Source: Chrysemys picta bellii
Taxonomy: Eukaryota
DNA length: 64,000 bases
Direction of reading: 5' to 3'
NCBI RefSeq assembly: GCF_011386835.1
Contig: NC_088793.1
Span: 153,946,001 to 154,010,000 of the forward strand
The translations under genes and the position numbers were made by a program. The notes beneath the pieces are model-generated. The model made no database searches. It was not told where the DNA came from and saw only the letters and a list, made by a program, of their open reading frames with translations. Shown in pieces: positions 47,420 through 60,500 of the stretch (positions are counted from its first letter, which is position 1; each line of letters begins with the position of its first letter).

Positions 47420-48602
47420 TATGGCCCGCTGCCAGGGCAGCATGGCATGGCAGATATATGTATAACCCTGGAGCCCAGCCCCTAAGCCTTAGGTTCTGTC
47501 TAAGAAAACCACGTCATGCTGCAGATGATCTGTAGAACAGCCTTTTTGTAGGTTTTGGTGGATCTTTCTCCCTGTGTTCCTGCTGCTGGCTGCATGTATT
47601 CCAATGGGAACTATGTTCAACAAGTACCAGAATTTTGACCCTTTTATTACTTGTATGTTTGAGCGTTGAGTAACAAATTATAACGGTGTAACAGCATTTT
47701 TAGATTCGTCTTCTGTAATGTAATCATTTCAAAAACATTTTCAATCTTTAAAAATATTATTTTAACTTTTTAAATTGGAATCCAGTCTCTAATGATCTAT
47801 AGGTTTATAATTGGCTAGTGACTTCTGATGCTTCGGTTTTTGGGTGCTCAACTTGACAACGCAAAGGGGTCTGATTCTCAGAGGGTGGTTGCTCAGCACT
47901 TTATAAAAATCCAGCCCCCCCAACGTTTCTCAAGTTGAACATGTATTATATTACTATTTGCCTTTGAAGATTTTGAGTATTTACAGTTATTTAAAACAAA
48001 ACAGAAACCTACCCTTCATCTGACTGACTGTATTTTTTCTTGAGGAAAAAAAAATTTTTTTTTTCTCATCCCAAAAGTTTCAGTTCATGAACAGTTACTA
48101 GTTAGATACCGGGTTTCAAGATGTAGGAGCCTAACTACTTTAGGCATCCATATCCCTAATGAGGCACCTAAATAACTGGCTTAATTTTCAAAAAGTGCTG
48201 AAAACCCAGCCACTTCTGACTTCAGTCAGAGGTGCTTGGTGCTCAGCATTTTCGAAAATTGGGCTACCTAATTGGGTGCCTAAATATGGACGTTAGGCAT
48301 CCACTTTTTAAAATCTTGAACTTGGAATGTTACTTTTGCACGCTCAGAATCACTATTTTTATACTTTTTTAGTTCATGTTGAGACCACCAGTATCTTAAC
48401 TTTGGAGCCTTTGGGTTCTTGTATTCTTTCCTTAGGTACCCCATTCTTTAATCTGTGTTCTGGCTCACAGCAGTTGCACTTCATATTTTTTGACTTACCT
48501 CCCCCACCCCACAAGATAGAGGATATAGTGATATGAATACTGAATCTGTCCTAGCGCCAACCATGTGGAGATCTCAAACACTGAATGAGAGAGCTTCACA
48601 AC

Positions 48603-48714
48603 CAGGGCTTTGGAGCGGAGCCCGGAGCTGGAGCGCGGAGCAGCTCCGGAGCAGTGGAGCTGCAGGTTTTTGCCTGGAGCTGGAGCGGAGCCGGAGTACA
48701 GCTCCAAAGCCCTG
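48603..48714. mobile_element. Small hAT-like MITE built from GGAGC repeats
   Basis: TIRs CAGGGCTTTGGAGC / GCTCCAAAGCCCTG; imperfect flanking duplication. Confidence 0.7.
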
Positions 48715-48812
48715 TTCTCACAACAGCCCTGAGAGTCAGATAAGCAGCATTATCTCTAATTTCATAGATCGGAAAACTGAGGCACAAAGAGGTTAAAATC
48801 TTGCTTCACAGT

Positions 48813-49014
48813 CAGTTGGTACATCTACACTTTGAGCTGGTGGGATCATTTCCAGCTTGAAGAGACATACCCAGGCTAGCTCTGATCAAGCTAACATACT
48901 AAAAATAGTGTCTCGCCTCAGTGTCAGGAGCTGCCCCGCATATGATCAGAGCTAGCATGGGTATGCCTCCATGAGCTGGGAATTATGTCTCCAGCTTGAG
49001 GTGGAGACATACCT
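48813..49014. mobile_element. Harbinger-type MITE
   Basis: Ends GGTACATCTACACT / GGTGGAGACATACC; internal inverted GCTAGCTCTGATCA / TGATCAGAGCTAGC. Confidence 0.65.
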
Positions 49015-49555
49015 GGTGTTACTTTTGAGCTGAAAAGGAGAGAGCTAAAAGCAAAAGTTGAAACGGGACCAATCTTATTGAATATGTTCACAAATGGAGA
49101 TAAGTGATTTATCTCCCATTCTTCTTTGATCGTAAGGATTTGAATGTTAATACAGTGTATATAATGCATACATTAGGCAGTGGTCCACACACCATTACTC
49201 GCCAACAAAAATGTCACTTTCCCTACTTCTCATCAACCATTTAATAAACTGGATACTGAGAGTGAGGTGATGAGGGCTCATATTACTAATTCTTCATTCG
49301 TTTAACAACTGTACCCTAGAATATTTACCAGCACATCAAGAAGTATTATAAATACCTAAAAATAATCTACTGGTCTGAAAATAAATGGATAAAGTTCGTG
49401 CTGTGAAGTATCAACTTTGCCTTTTAATTGGTTGCTCCCTTGCTTGCTTTGTAAATTAATGAGGTTGTTCTGTATCATACATGCTTGTTTGCTTTAGTTG
49501 ACTTGTCCTTTCCTGCTTACCATCTCTGGATAATTATTTGCATTACCTCTGTCAG

Positions 49556-49696
49556 CTTTCCTTGGATCCAGCAGTTCTTCCTCTTCCACTACCTCTTTAG
49601 AGAGCAAACCGAATCCGCCCAAGAAATGGAACTCAACTAACAGCACTAAAAAGGCAGTGCCTAAAGTAGCTTCTACCTCATCTAAAAGCAGTGCTG
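49556..49696 (+). CDS. CLIP4: CLIP4 coding exon 10 (Ser-rich linker AFLGSSSSSSSTTSLESKP...SSKSSA)
   Basis: GTCAG acceptor is the only AG that keeps the frame; G|GTACTG donor; phase 1 to 1. Confidence 0.82.
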
Positions 49697-50209
49697 GTAC
49701 TGTATCTGTTGTATTATTAAAGAACACCGTCACAGGCTGGAAATAGGGATGGCAGGTCAGTTAACTGTTTGGTCAAATATTCGTATAAATGTACTTGCTT
49801 TTGCTTTGTCACTGCTTGGGGTGATAACTTAGAGGAGGCACTTGTCAGATAGTTAGTCCTTAAACTTAAGTTTTGTATTTTTGTAACATTTTTACTATTA
49901 GAAAATTTGCGGAAGAAGGTGCTGTTCTTAGTCTCACTTACAGATGAACTGCACTTTGGACTATTACTGCAACTTCTAACGCCCAAGTAAACCTTAAATC
50001 CAGCATTTTTTAATTAGACTGAATACCCACTGAAGCAAAGGAATGTTTTATCTAAGCAGTGTGTGTGGAACCAGGGCCTTGTGTTAAGAGCATATATGAA
50101 TATTTGACCGGTCGGTTGGCTGACTCTCTGCTGAGACCTCATGATGTACTCCTCTTTGCATTTCAAAACTGCCACTGTCCTAATTTCAGTTTTTCCCTTC
50201 ATTAAACAG

Positions 50210-50344
50210 GACTGAATAATGCTTCTCCATCTACAAGAAAAAACCCTTTTGATGAAGGAGAAATTCAGCTTGGAGACAAAGTGCTAGTGGTAGGGCAGAG
50301 AACTGGCACTGTTAGATTCTATGGGACAACAAAGTTTGCACCAG
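50210..50344 (+). CDS. CLIP4: CLIP4 coding exon 11 (start of CAP-Gly 2: EGEIQLGDKVLVVGQRTGTVRFYGTTKFAP)
   Basis: AACAG acceptor, G|GTAATT donor, phase 1 to 1. Confidence 0.95.
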
Positions 50345-51779
50345 GTAATTTATCTGTTCTTAAAATACATTGTAGAATCAGAGTTATGTCCTAGGAACAA
50401 TATAAATGTTTGGACCTTATTATTTAAAATAGAAATCCAACAATTTAAGAGTTCTATCTCAATTTCACTTTATTGTAATTGAATATTTGACTTTGACATG
50501 GAGCTGCTAGAGTAATGGAGAAGATGGTACAGTATTTTAAATTGTGACTGCCACTTGACATTGTAGTCGTTCTCAGAAAGTACAGTAATAATATTCATTT
50601 TCTTAAGGCGGCACACCTTTTTTTCCTCTGGGCTTTTATATGCAGCTGTTTTTGACCACACTGATGTCTTGCGTTACTGAAGCTCTGCTAGAACATTTAG
50701 TGCTCTTCACTTTTTAGATGTGTCATGGTGATATATTGAGCTTTTTGAGAGTTTTTGTTTGAATTCAGTTACTTGTCAGGACCGTTTTTTGTATTTTTAT
50801 GCCCGATGAAGTTACCGATAACTAGAGAACTTACCTGCTGGAAATTCCCCCCCCCCAGTATTCTATAGTTAGGTGTCTTCAGAGGGAAGTGGGTTGTCCT
50901 GAAACCATAGGAACTAAAACTTTTGAAAATGTATCCTTTCCAGCCAAATTATTCTTATGCTCTCCTGTCATTTTTGAGCTCTTTCATAATCCAAACCGCT
51001 GCCTAGAACATAACCATAAGGTTGAGGCAAAAAAGGTTCCATGACCCAATGTCTGCACTTTGGGTGACTGGTATATTTGTACCTCCAATAGTTTAAATCT
51101 CAAGCAAGTGGGCTTCCATTTAATGTGGCAATACCCTGTCTTGACACTTGGTGGTATCAGTATTTAAAAAAAATTGCTTAAGATAAAATGTCAGAATGAA
51201 ATATCAGCAGGCACAAGCCACATTCATCATCTCAAGAAATATGTTCTGTGAAGCAATCCCCATTTAAGATGTCGTTATTCTCTAACTTGATAGGTTCTAT
51301 CGAATCTATATTACTCTAATTGAAAAGCCAAAATAGTCTATTAACCTCAAATGGTTATGTTCCTGAATTTAACTTGTATTGTGGGAATGGATTTCCTGAC
51401 TAGCTGAGTGGTCACCATGTACGTGGTGTTTTTTTTTTTTTTTTTTAAAGAAAACATCACCATTGCAACTCTTCACCTTTGAAACAGCCATATTTTAAAA
51501 TGGCAAAAAGTAGCCAACGATACAGAGCTCTGCTTTCTGAGCAATTGTCAAAAACTTGCCCCCCTCCGCACCCCCCAGTTTATTTTTGGTGGCAATGCAG
51601 ATCTTTTTCAAATAGTTTTGTCTCATCTGCCTTTGGTGGACAGGAAAGAAGGAACTTTTGATATATTGATCACTTCTAATTCATAGGTCACTGTTCTTAT
51701 TTCTTCAGCTGATAATTAGTATTGCCCTTAAACCTGTAGCCTCAGCACCAAATTGCTTGAATTTAATTTTGAGTCTTTT

Positions 51780-51990
51780 GGGACTGGACAGCATAAGGAT
51801 TGCTGATAGGATACAGAACTTCTCACCTTTGCGTAATTAGCTGACACTTATCACAGGTTGGTAGTGATCAAAGTTATTACCATCTGATGGCTGTTCAGTA
51901 GCCTGTGTGAAATGAATTGCTGGCCAATCCCAGTTCTTATACACTTGTATTTGTATCATAAAATCTACCTTGCAATTGGTAATAATTACT
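51780..51990 (+). mobile_element. LF-SINE remnant
   Basis: CAGGTTGGTAGTGATCAAAGTTATTACCATCTGATGGCTGTTCAGTAGCCTGTGTGAAATGAATTGCTGG closely resembles the LF-SINE core as I recall it. Confidence 0.7.
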
Positions 51991-52523
51991 TCAGATTTTA
52001 GAGAGGGAAAAGGACTGAATGAGCATCGAGTGACATTTGAATCTTAGTAGTGGTCATTTGAGATCAGGATTAAGGCATAAGTGCAGAGAAATTGCCAGGA
52101 CAGCTTTGTCAAACTGCTGTTTTCAGTAGCCTTAAATTCACTTAAATAAATTGCTTTTTATCTTTTCTGTTTGTCGCTAAAATAGGCCATTTTTCTTAAA
52201 ATAGATTTAAGTTTCAAGTAATCAACAGTATTTCTAGTCTATTTTGAATAGACCATTCGTATCTCAGTGTATTTTAATATAATTTAGTTAACTGTTCTTA
52301 TTTTTCTTCTGTATGTTAGTGGTGGCGTACATTTTGATTTGACTTAATGAGGTCACTTCTGGGTCAGGGAAATCCTGTCTCGGGTTTGGTTAAATACATA
52401 GATTGTTATGTATAAGTTAGTCATATGCACAAAAACTTGAACATCTGTTAACTATTTTAAGTACAAAATTTTAATGTTATCCCTGGGTAAAAGTAATATT
52501 GAAATTCCAAATTCCAACTGTAG

Positions 52524-52647
52524 GCTTTTGGTGTGGCATTGAACTGAATAAACCTCACGGCAAGAATGATGGTTCAGTTGGAGGGGTCCAGTACTTCAGT
52601 TGTCTCCCCAGATATGGCATATTTGCCCCACCAACCAGAGTGCAGAG
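52524..52647 (+). CDS. CLIP4: CLIP4 coding exon 12 (GFWCGIELNKPHGKNDGSVGGVQYFSCLPRYGIFAPPTRVQ)
   Basis: TGTAG acceptor, AG|GTGAGT donor, phase 1 to 2. Confidence 0.96.
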
Positions 52648-53349
52648 GTGAGTAATGATACTGTTTTATGTCTGTGTCACAAAACGTTTTCTCACTTCCT
52701 CTCCAATGGGGAACAAACCAAAGAGGAAAAGCAATTATTCCCGCTGCTGGGGAGGTGGTAGATCCCCTTGGTTCTGAGACTAGGTTGTTGAAAGAGTACT
52801 AGTATGTCCCAGTACCAGTGCTATATAAACAGGAAGCATATCCAGGTGGCTGTTTCAGCAACCTCACAAATCTAAAAATATTTCATTCCATCCCATTGCC
52901 TCTACATCGAGTGATTAAATTTAGGGACGTAACTAATTCAGTAGATGCTTTCGAAAGCTCTCTCTTTTAGGGCCAAATCCTGATACTGTGAGCAGAATTC
53001 AAGTACAAGGATTCTGCCTGTGGATGCTATATAGCTTCCTGGTGGGTATAGATCTCACCAGTTGGATCACAGCCACTACCATTGGGCTTGGGGTAAGGAA
53101 TGCCAGAGATAACCCTGTGCTCTCTAGCCATGTGTGCTTTTGATTGGTGGAGGAGCACAATGCTTGTGTCTAGTTACCATGACTGACATACCCATTCCAC
53201 TTCCCCTTTTTCTTCTCCTCCAGTCTTCTAGTATGGCAAACCATCACAGAGTGATGCCCCACAGCATAAAAGATGATGCATAGTTTCCCCCTTTCTACTG
53301 TTGGGTTATAACACGCAGAGGAATCAGAACTCTATCTGTAGCGTTTAGA

Positions 53350-53372
53350 TGTGTGTGTGTGTGTGTGTGTAT

Positions 53373-53411
<39 letters not shown>
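53350..53411. repeat. Compound (TG)n(TA)n microsatellite
   Basis: Read directly. Confidence 0.9.
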
Positions 53412-53418
<7 letters not shown>

Positions 53419-53853
53419 TTTTCTGTTGCTGCATATGCTCTCAGGCAAACTTTCATCCTGCACCTTCAGTAAGACTTAAGATGTCTTCTGAGTTTTCTTG
53501 ATCTTGAGCATACTGCACCTTTTCTGTATCCTTAGATACACACATGCAACATTTTATATTACTAGCTGTCGGTTGACAAGACTTTCTGTAGCAATGTATA
53601 CAAGGAAGAGGTAAGGCCTCTGGGACTCTGAACTCTGCATTTACTGACTTATGGGCAACTAAAAGCTCAATCTATTTAGGATGAAAATTTAACCAGCATG
53701 GTGGGGAGGATTCAACCCTAAATTAATCCAACATATTAAGTCTTTTGAAAAACCTTGCAACAGATCTTTAGCCAAAATAGCCCAGCAATATATTTCTTAA
53801 AGTTGAAATTAAACAATATTAATTTGAGACTTTAACCCATTATCTCACTTTAG

Positions 53854-53918
53854 GTTAACAGGTTCCTTAGACTCCCTCACAGAAGTTTCAACAGGTAAAA
53901 TGAATCATTCTTTCCCAG
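53854..53918 (+). CDS. CLIP4: CLIP4 coding exon 13 (RLTGSLDSLTEVSTGKMNHSFP)
   Basis: CTTTAG acceptor, CAG|GTAAGA donor, phase 2 to 1; aligns to the recalled human RVTDSLDTLSEISSNKQNHSYP. Confidence 0.92.
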
Positions 53919-55120
53919 GTAAGAATCTGAGACGTGGGTCTGGTTTTTTTTGGATAGCCTGTAGAACATTTCTAGAAATTGCAGCTTCCTGGACATGCCA
54001 CCCAGGTTCTTTGAATGGCCAAAGCAAAACAGACTTTTAGAGCAACCCAGATGCCCCAAGATGCATTGCTATTTGACTTCTCCCTCCTTTACTGACATTG
54101 ATTGCCCAGTCGCTGTCTGCAAGCAGGATTGGAGTTAGGAGACTGACATGCTATCAGTTCCTTCAGTTGCAAAAATGGAGGAAGTAATTGCATCAGGCAT
54201 TGGAATGTAACCCATCAATCCAGTGAATAAAAATGAATTTACTTCCTTGACCAGTTCTTTTGGTCCCTATTTATACATACTGGGGTTTTTGCTTGTACTA
54301 AAAAAACAAACAAAACCCTGGCTTCGGAATGGACTTACTGCAATAAATGGATATTTCCCCCTTTGTCTACTGTTGACTTAGAAAGTTGTTTTGAAAAGCT
54401 CTGGGTACTTTTTATGCACTCAATTGTATTATATAAAATACAAGGCACTTTGGCCCAATGGATAGAGTGCTAGGCTGGGACTCGGGAGCCAGGAGTTATT
54501 TTCCTGTCATGGCCCCAGACCTGCTGTGTGCCCCTGGGCAAGTGAACTTCCCCTCTTTCTGCGTCTGTTTACGCTGTAAGCTCTTTGGGGCAGAAACTGT
54601 GCCTTAATGTGTATTTTTACAGTGCTTGGCATGATAGGGTCCTGCGCTCAATTGCTACCATAGTACTCTTTTTACTGATGATAATTAAAATTCTTGCCAA
54701 AAATGTTACCATCTAATACAAAAAGAAAACAAAACCGAGGGCAGTGGGGGGCATAGAAGGGATTGTTGAGATCAGAATAGGGATGATTCACAGATAATTT
54801 GGGTTTGATACAGGGCTAGTGAATTATTTATGAAAAATTGGCATTTTTTCTAAACAAATTTTGTTATGGAAATTTTCAAAATTTTGATTTATTTATTTCT
54901 ACCTACACCTTGTTCCTCTTCCTCCTCAAAATTCTTGAACATTTATTGGTTGTTATGGAATTTTTCACAACAAAATACTTACCGTTTCCCAAGCAGCTGT
55001 AGTTAGGGAGTAGTGGGGAGGGTGCTTAGCAAACGAGAAGGGAGCAAAGAAAGCGGTTGTGCACGTTTTATTTTTAAATCAAGCAGCTTAGTCACCTTAT
55101 TTATTCACTTTCTCCTGTAG

Positions 55121-55193
55121 GTTTTAGACGAAGTTTAAGTACAACTTCTGCATCTTCACAGAAGGAGATAAACAGGAGAAACTCCTTTGTCAA
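55121..55193 (+). CDS. CLIP4: CLIP4 coding exon 14 (GFRRSLSTTSASSQKEINRRNSFV)
   Basis: CTGTAG acceptor, AA|GTGAGT donor, phase 1 to 2. Confidence 0.95.
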
Positions 55194-55286
55194 GTGAGTG
55201 TTTGTTTAAATATGTATTAACTCTGCAAAACTGGGCAGCTGTAGTTTAGAATCACTGAAAGAAGCCTCATTTCTTTCTCTAACTAG

Positions 55287-55608
55287 ATCTAGAAGCTCGA
55301 TGCTGCGGCGTAGTTGGAGCAACACCACTACGACTAACACTGAGGGACCTGTGAAACTACATGAGGGTTCTCAGGTCCTTCTAACCAGCTCTAATGAGAT
55401 GGGCACAATTAGATACATTGGCCCTACCGACTTTGCACCAGGGATATGGCTAGGACTTGAACTCAGAAGTGCCAAGGGAAAGAATGATGGATCTGTGGGT
55501 GACAAGCGCTACTTCACCTGTAAGACAAACCATGGAGTCTTAGTTCGGCCTAGTAGAGTAACCTATCGTGGGATTAATGGAGCAAAACTTGTGGATGATA
55601 TTTGTTGA
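55287..55608 (+). CDS. CLIP4: CLIP4 coding exon 15 (CAP-Gly 3, ends ...GAKLVDDIC*)
   Basis: ACTAG acceptor; GKNDGSVG motif; TGA at 55606-55608. The 15 exons sum to 2106 nt, an intact 701-aa protein. Confidence 0.97.
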
Positions 55609-57520
55609 ACCAGAATGCTTACAACCTGTGCATCAAGTGCTAGTGCAATGATATATAAGCATTAAACCACATACAATAACCCCAACATCATCTGCACGGA
55701 ATACTGACTGAAATTTTATCTAAACTATTAAACCTGCTTTTTTTGGTAATGTATCTCTTCAGGCTCTAACCACCTCAGAATCATAATAAGAAGTGGAAAT
55801 CATATACCCCTCTCTCCTATTTTGACACAGTCCCTGCCTGTGAGTTTCTTGTAAAAGCATTATGGGTTTGATACTGTATTATTTGAATAATGGCCCACTC
55901 TGAGAAGGCCAGTATAGTTGACATTCTTTTAAGTTGCTTTGTGATTCAGTGTATTTGGAAGGTTTTCTTCCATGTACTAATGAACTGATACATCATTCTC
56001 CTGCCTTTTCATAACAAAGGAGATTGTTAAATGAGTCACATTAGTCTATGCAGTATTGGTCCCAGGATATTAGAGACAAGGGTGAGTACCAGAATATATC
56101 TTTTATTGGACCAACTTCTGTTGGGGAGGGAGACAAGCTTTTGAGTATGCAGAGCTCTTTTTTTTCTTCTTCTTCCCAGACCTGAAGAAGAACTCTGTAT
56201 AGCTTGAAAGCTGCTCTCTCACCAACAGTAGTTGATCCAGGGAAAAATATTCCTCCTCCACCTTGTTTCTCACATTAGTCTGTTTACCAGACACTTTGTC
56301 CATCTCCCTGTGAGCTAGTAGTAATAAGCAGGAGAAATTACTCTTTTAAAAAAAAAAATCAGTTGTGAAACAATTAAGTATTTTATCATTCATAAAAAAC
56401 CCATCTCAAAAAAAACCACACGGGGCTAATGGAAAAACTGTAATTGGAAGAATTTGCTGCTCCCGTGCTATGCCAGTGAACAGCATGAATGAAACAGAAA
56501 AAAGACTGTAAAAAGCACAAATACACTGTTTCTGGTTTGCACTTTTCTCTGTGTGGATTTGTAAAAAGACAGCAGCATGCAAGATGCACTTTTGAAAATA
56601 TAATGCACTTTCATCTCCTCTCTGGAGAGCTTTCCCCCATTGTTTGAAGAAATTCTTTTGTTTGCTGTTGCTGCAGGCTACAATCATCAACCTGTTTCAA
56701 TGCATATAGATAGAACTTAGGTTCACCTCACATAGTACTTGCATCAAAGTCCTTTTTATGTACTGTCTGCAGGAGGTACTATACAGTATATATATATTTT
56801 TAAAGCAAACATTATTCAGTTTTTACTTTGTTTGCATTTTATATATTTCGTCATTGTCCTTCAGAGCACCGTTTCTTCTTTGCTACATTTGCCATTTATA
56901 AAATTCAAAAATTGCCTATGAATCTTTTTAGAGGTAGCATGTTTAACACTCTTCTTTTGATTATTTGGCTGCAACATGATTTGTCTCAGCCTTTTAAAAT
57001 ACTCAGTGTTTTTAGAATTTGTTTCATATACATCTTGAACAGCTAAAATACATAACATGTTTAGCATGTATTAACTATCTTTGTTAGTGCAAGCATACAA
57101 GTTTCAGAATATCTCAAACAGTACAATGGTTTGACACTTCTGAATGAGCTGTTTGTTGCATTTCACTTAGTTGAGAAATGTACCGCGCTTTAAATTACAT
57201 TTGTAGTATCCTATTTTTAGACTGACTTTGTGCAGCTTATACAATGTATTTTAAATATGGCTATTTTTCCTGGACTATTAAAAAAGGCTGCATATTGTAT
57301 TCTGATCTATGGAAGTTTTTAACTGAAGATAAAAATTGTAAATTTTTGAATGTACACATTTTATTATAAACTGTCTAAATTATAGCTTTGTATTTGAAAT
57401 TAGCAAGGTTCTGAACATCTGTATGTCCAAATCTGTTTCTTCCATGTTTTATATCTATAGGTATCTTTTTTTCTGTAATTAACTCAGTATTCACCGATCT
57501 TTGATTTATTAATGCCCATT
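55609..57520 (+). other. CLIP4: Probable CLIP4 3' UTR (3' end uncertain)
   Basis: AU-rich sequence after the stop. I saw no canonical AATAAA; ATTAAA variants occur near 55661, 55728 and 57277. Confidence 0.5.
56048..56269. mobile_element. Palindromic Penelope-derived mini-element with 12-bp TSD
   Basis: Two inverted copies of the Penelope terminal region; direct repeat TCACATTAGTCT at 56036-56047 and 56270-56281. Confidence 0.82.
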
Positions 57521-60500
57521 CTTTTAAAGATCATTTGCTTTTGGGGGAGCATGTCACAAAATGATTGTCCTTTTTTCCCTTACAAATTATGTAAATAGGA
57601 CAGAGCAATGGCAACTCTAATATATAAACAGGTTTTATATCTTCGTGCAGTTTATCATATTGCTGTATGGTATAGAATTGCAAGCTGCCAAACAAAGTGT
57701 ATACATCACTTAAACTGGTCTTGTTTTTCTCTCTCTCCACCCGTTTTGGATAGTGCAATGTCTGTAATAACTTTCTGGTCTCAGCAGTCGCCTAGGCCCT
57801 AGGCATTCCTGATTTTTAATTCCAGATCGGCCTAGACTCAGTAAGTGTGCTTGGGCAGGTTCTTTGTCCACTCTTTTAATTGCTAATGAGGATAATGTTC
57901 AGGTGCCATAGTTCATCTGTGCAAAGGCACAGCTACTCCTGGTTCCCACTGTTGGAGGGCCTTGCTTTCCTGTTCTTTGTGCCAAAAATGATCAGCAGGG
58001 GGATAGTTAATCTCTCTGTAGTGTCAAGGCTGAAGGCCGGTGATGACCGGAAGGCTGAGATCGAACCTGGCTCTAATTTTTAGGCATGTCACTTGCCCTA
58101 TTGTGCTCTATTTCCCAGTCTACAATCAGGGGCTGATATTTAACCTTTTCTAAAGCAATAGGAAATCTTCAGCCAAAAGCTCTCCCGTGGTATACAAGTG
58201 TCAGTCATGGCTCTGATGGTATTCCTATATGACCTTGAGTGAGTCATTTAACCTCCCTGTCTGATCTTTATCTGTTTGGGCTTGAATAGCTTTTTTCCCA
58301 CAACTTTGTCAGTCCTGTTGCCACTAGAAAAAAACCACCATGAACTTTGAAACACATTTACTTTGCTAAATAGCCACTGCAGCTAGCCTGAAAGGAGCTT
58401 AACAGGACTTGATCTGATTTTTAGGTAGGAGTTGAAATATTATGTGAAGTTACTTCTAAGCCTAGTGATGACAATAGTTCATCCTCGGATTACAAGCCAG
58501 GGGTGATGTCCTGTAAATGAACTGATGTTGAGATAATGATGGCAGAGATTTCAATATATAACCCAACAGCTGGAGTTAGTTTGTCATTTTATTTATCTTC
58601 ATGCCGTTTGGTTCACTACACTTGTTTACAATACAAATACACTATTCAATACAAAATACTCAATGACCATATATTAGTATGTCTTTTAATATCCCTGAAG
58701 TGCATAGGCCCTTCCTTTATACATAGTGTTGCATAAGCTGCGGTACCTGTGATAGACATTCTAATGAAGCAGTGTTACAGACCAGAAAAGCTGGATGCAG
58801 ATACTCTCCTTTGAGGAATATGGGATAGGCAACATGTGAGGTCTTTTATCCCTGTAAAGGATTTTTATACTACTCGTTTTTCAAGTTTTTTTTTTTACAC
58901 TAAGCTGATGGTGTCAGCTTTAGGCCAGGCTTGCAAAAATCAAACTCTTCTTAATAGACAATAGACTAATCCTGTCATGCATTGTAGAAATGAGACCACA
59001 GAGACTTCTGTGCCAACGCACCACCTTTGCCCAGACGCAGAAAGGGAAGCGGGTGGTGCTACAGTTGGATGCGCCACTTGACTGGTTCATTAGAGGCTGA
59101 AGCCATCACCATTTTTCAACTCAAGTCAGCTACCTGAAACAAACTGTGGGGCCTCAAGTAAACTTGCCCATGAGCTCCCTGCCAGTCCCAGCATGACATG
59201 GAGCAACCTAAACGCAGATGGAGGCCATTGCCCTGTACTTCCTGGCCCATGTCCCCCTCTCACACTGCCATACCCCTTCCTTTCCCTGTTGTAATTCATC
59301 TTATAGCTGCCTGAATGTACAACTCTGATGAGGTACATAGGTGGGGGCACCCACCTAGAACCTACTGAAATTCTACAAGAAACAACTACTGCCTAGCTCT
59401 AGTCCACATGGGCTTTAACCAGTTTGTTAAATGTCCTACAGCTATTCTGTAGTTATTTTTCCATCACACTACGTGTCTTATAGGCTGTCGTGCTACCCAC
59501 ATTTCACTATAGCATAAAGGTAGCTACATATGATAGCCAAATGAAGACATTTACAATGAGATAGTATTCCCCCCCCATGTGGGCCTTGTGATTCTACTAT
59601 AAACTATGTACATGAATATTTTATATAACTGTTACTCCAAGACATGCTTACTTTTAAAATATTGGTTCTGGACAAAAGTTTGTTACAAGTGTAAAATAGC
59701 TTCTAGTGTTTTAGATGGGACTCCTGGGAGACATGACATGTCAAAGTGCTCCAATCATGTGAGCTCACATGATCAGGCATTTAAAACAGAGCCTGCCTGA
59801 AGCAAGCCCTCAATTTCCCCCTCTACATACAAACCTCCCCTCCCACACACATGTTCGTGGGACAAGTCTGCTTTTGGTATACAGCTGGAGTAACCCAGTG
59901 AAAAGACGGCGGCATTATGCGGATCCTACAGCATTAGGTTTATGAACACTGAATAGTGTCAGAGCCTCCAAGGGAGACTTTGGGTGGGCGGGAGGGGGAA
60001 TAGCTAAAATAAAAGACTTTAAAAAAAAAAAAACCTGAAATATCCATCAATCAGTGCATGACCATGCAGACACTGAGCTGTTTTTCATCCCATTCATGTG
60101 TTCTAACTTCATCCCTCCTCCCTTGTAGTTCTATGTGGTGACAAAGGTAACAAACCCGGCTGCTGTGAAGTTGCCCTTCCCACCTGCTAGGAAAGAACTT
60201 GTTATGCATGTCTTGAACCATTGCATTTTTAATTCCTTGTCTGAACTGATTGCTGCAGATCATTTCACAAAGCAGAGCAGTGACAATCCAAGTGAAGCAG
60301 AGCTATTACCACACCCTATTGCAACCCCTTTAGACAAGACTATTATCAATAAAAATTTCAAGCGAACAGGCACTGTGCAATACTGGGAGTGTGAAATGCT
60401 ATTTTACCCACAGAGCAAACAGGCGGCAGCAGGGAGAAGTTTCCTTTCATTACCACACTACTGGGGTTAGTGTGCAGGGATTAAAGCCCTGATCCTGCAA

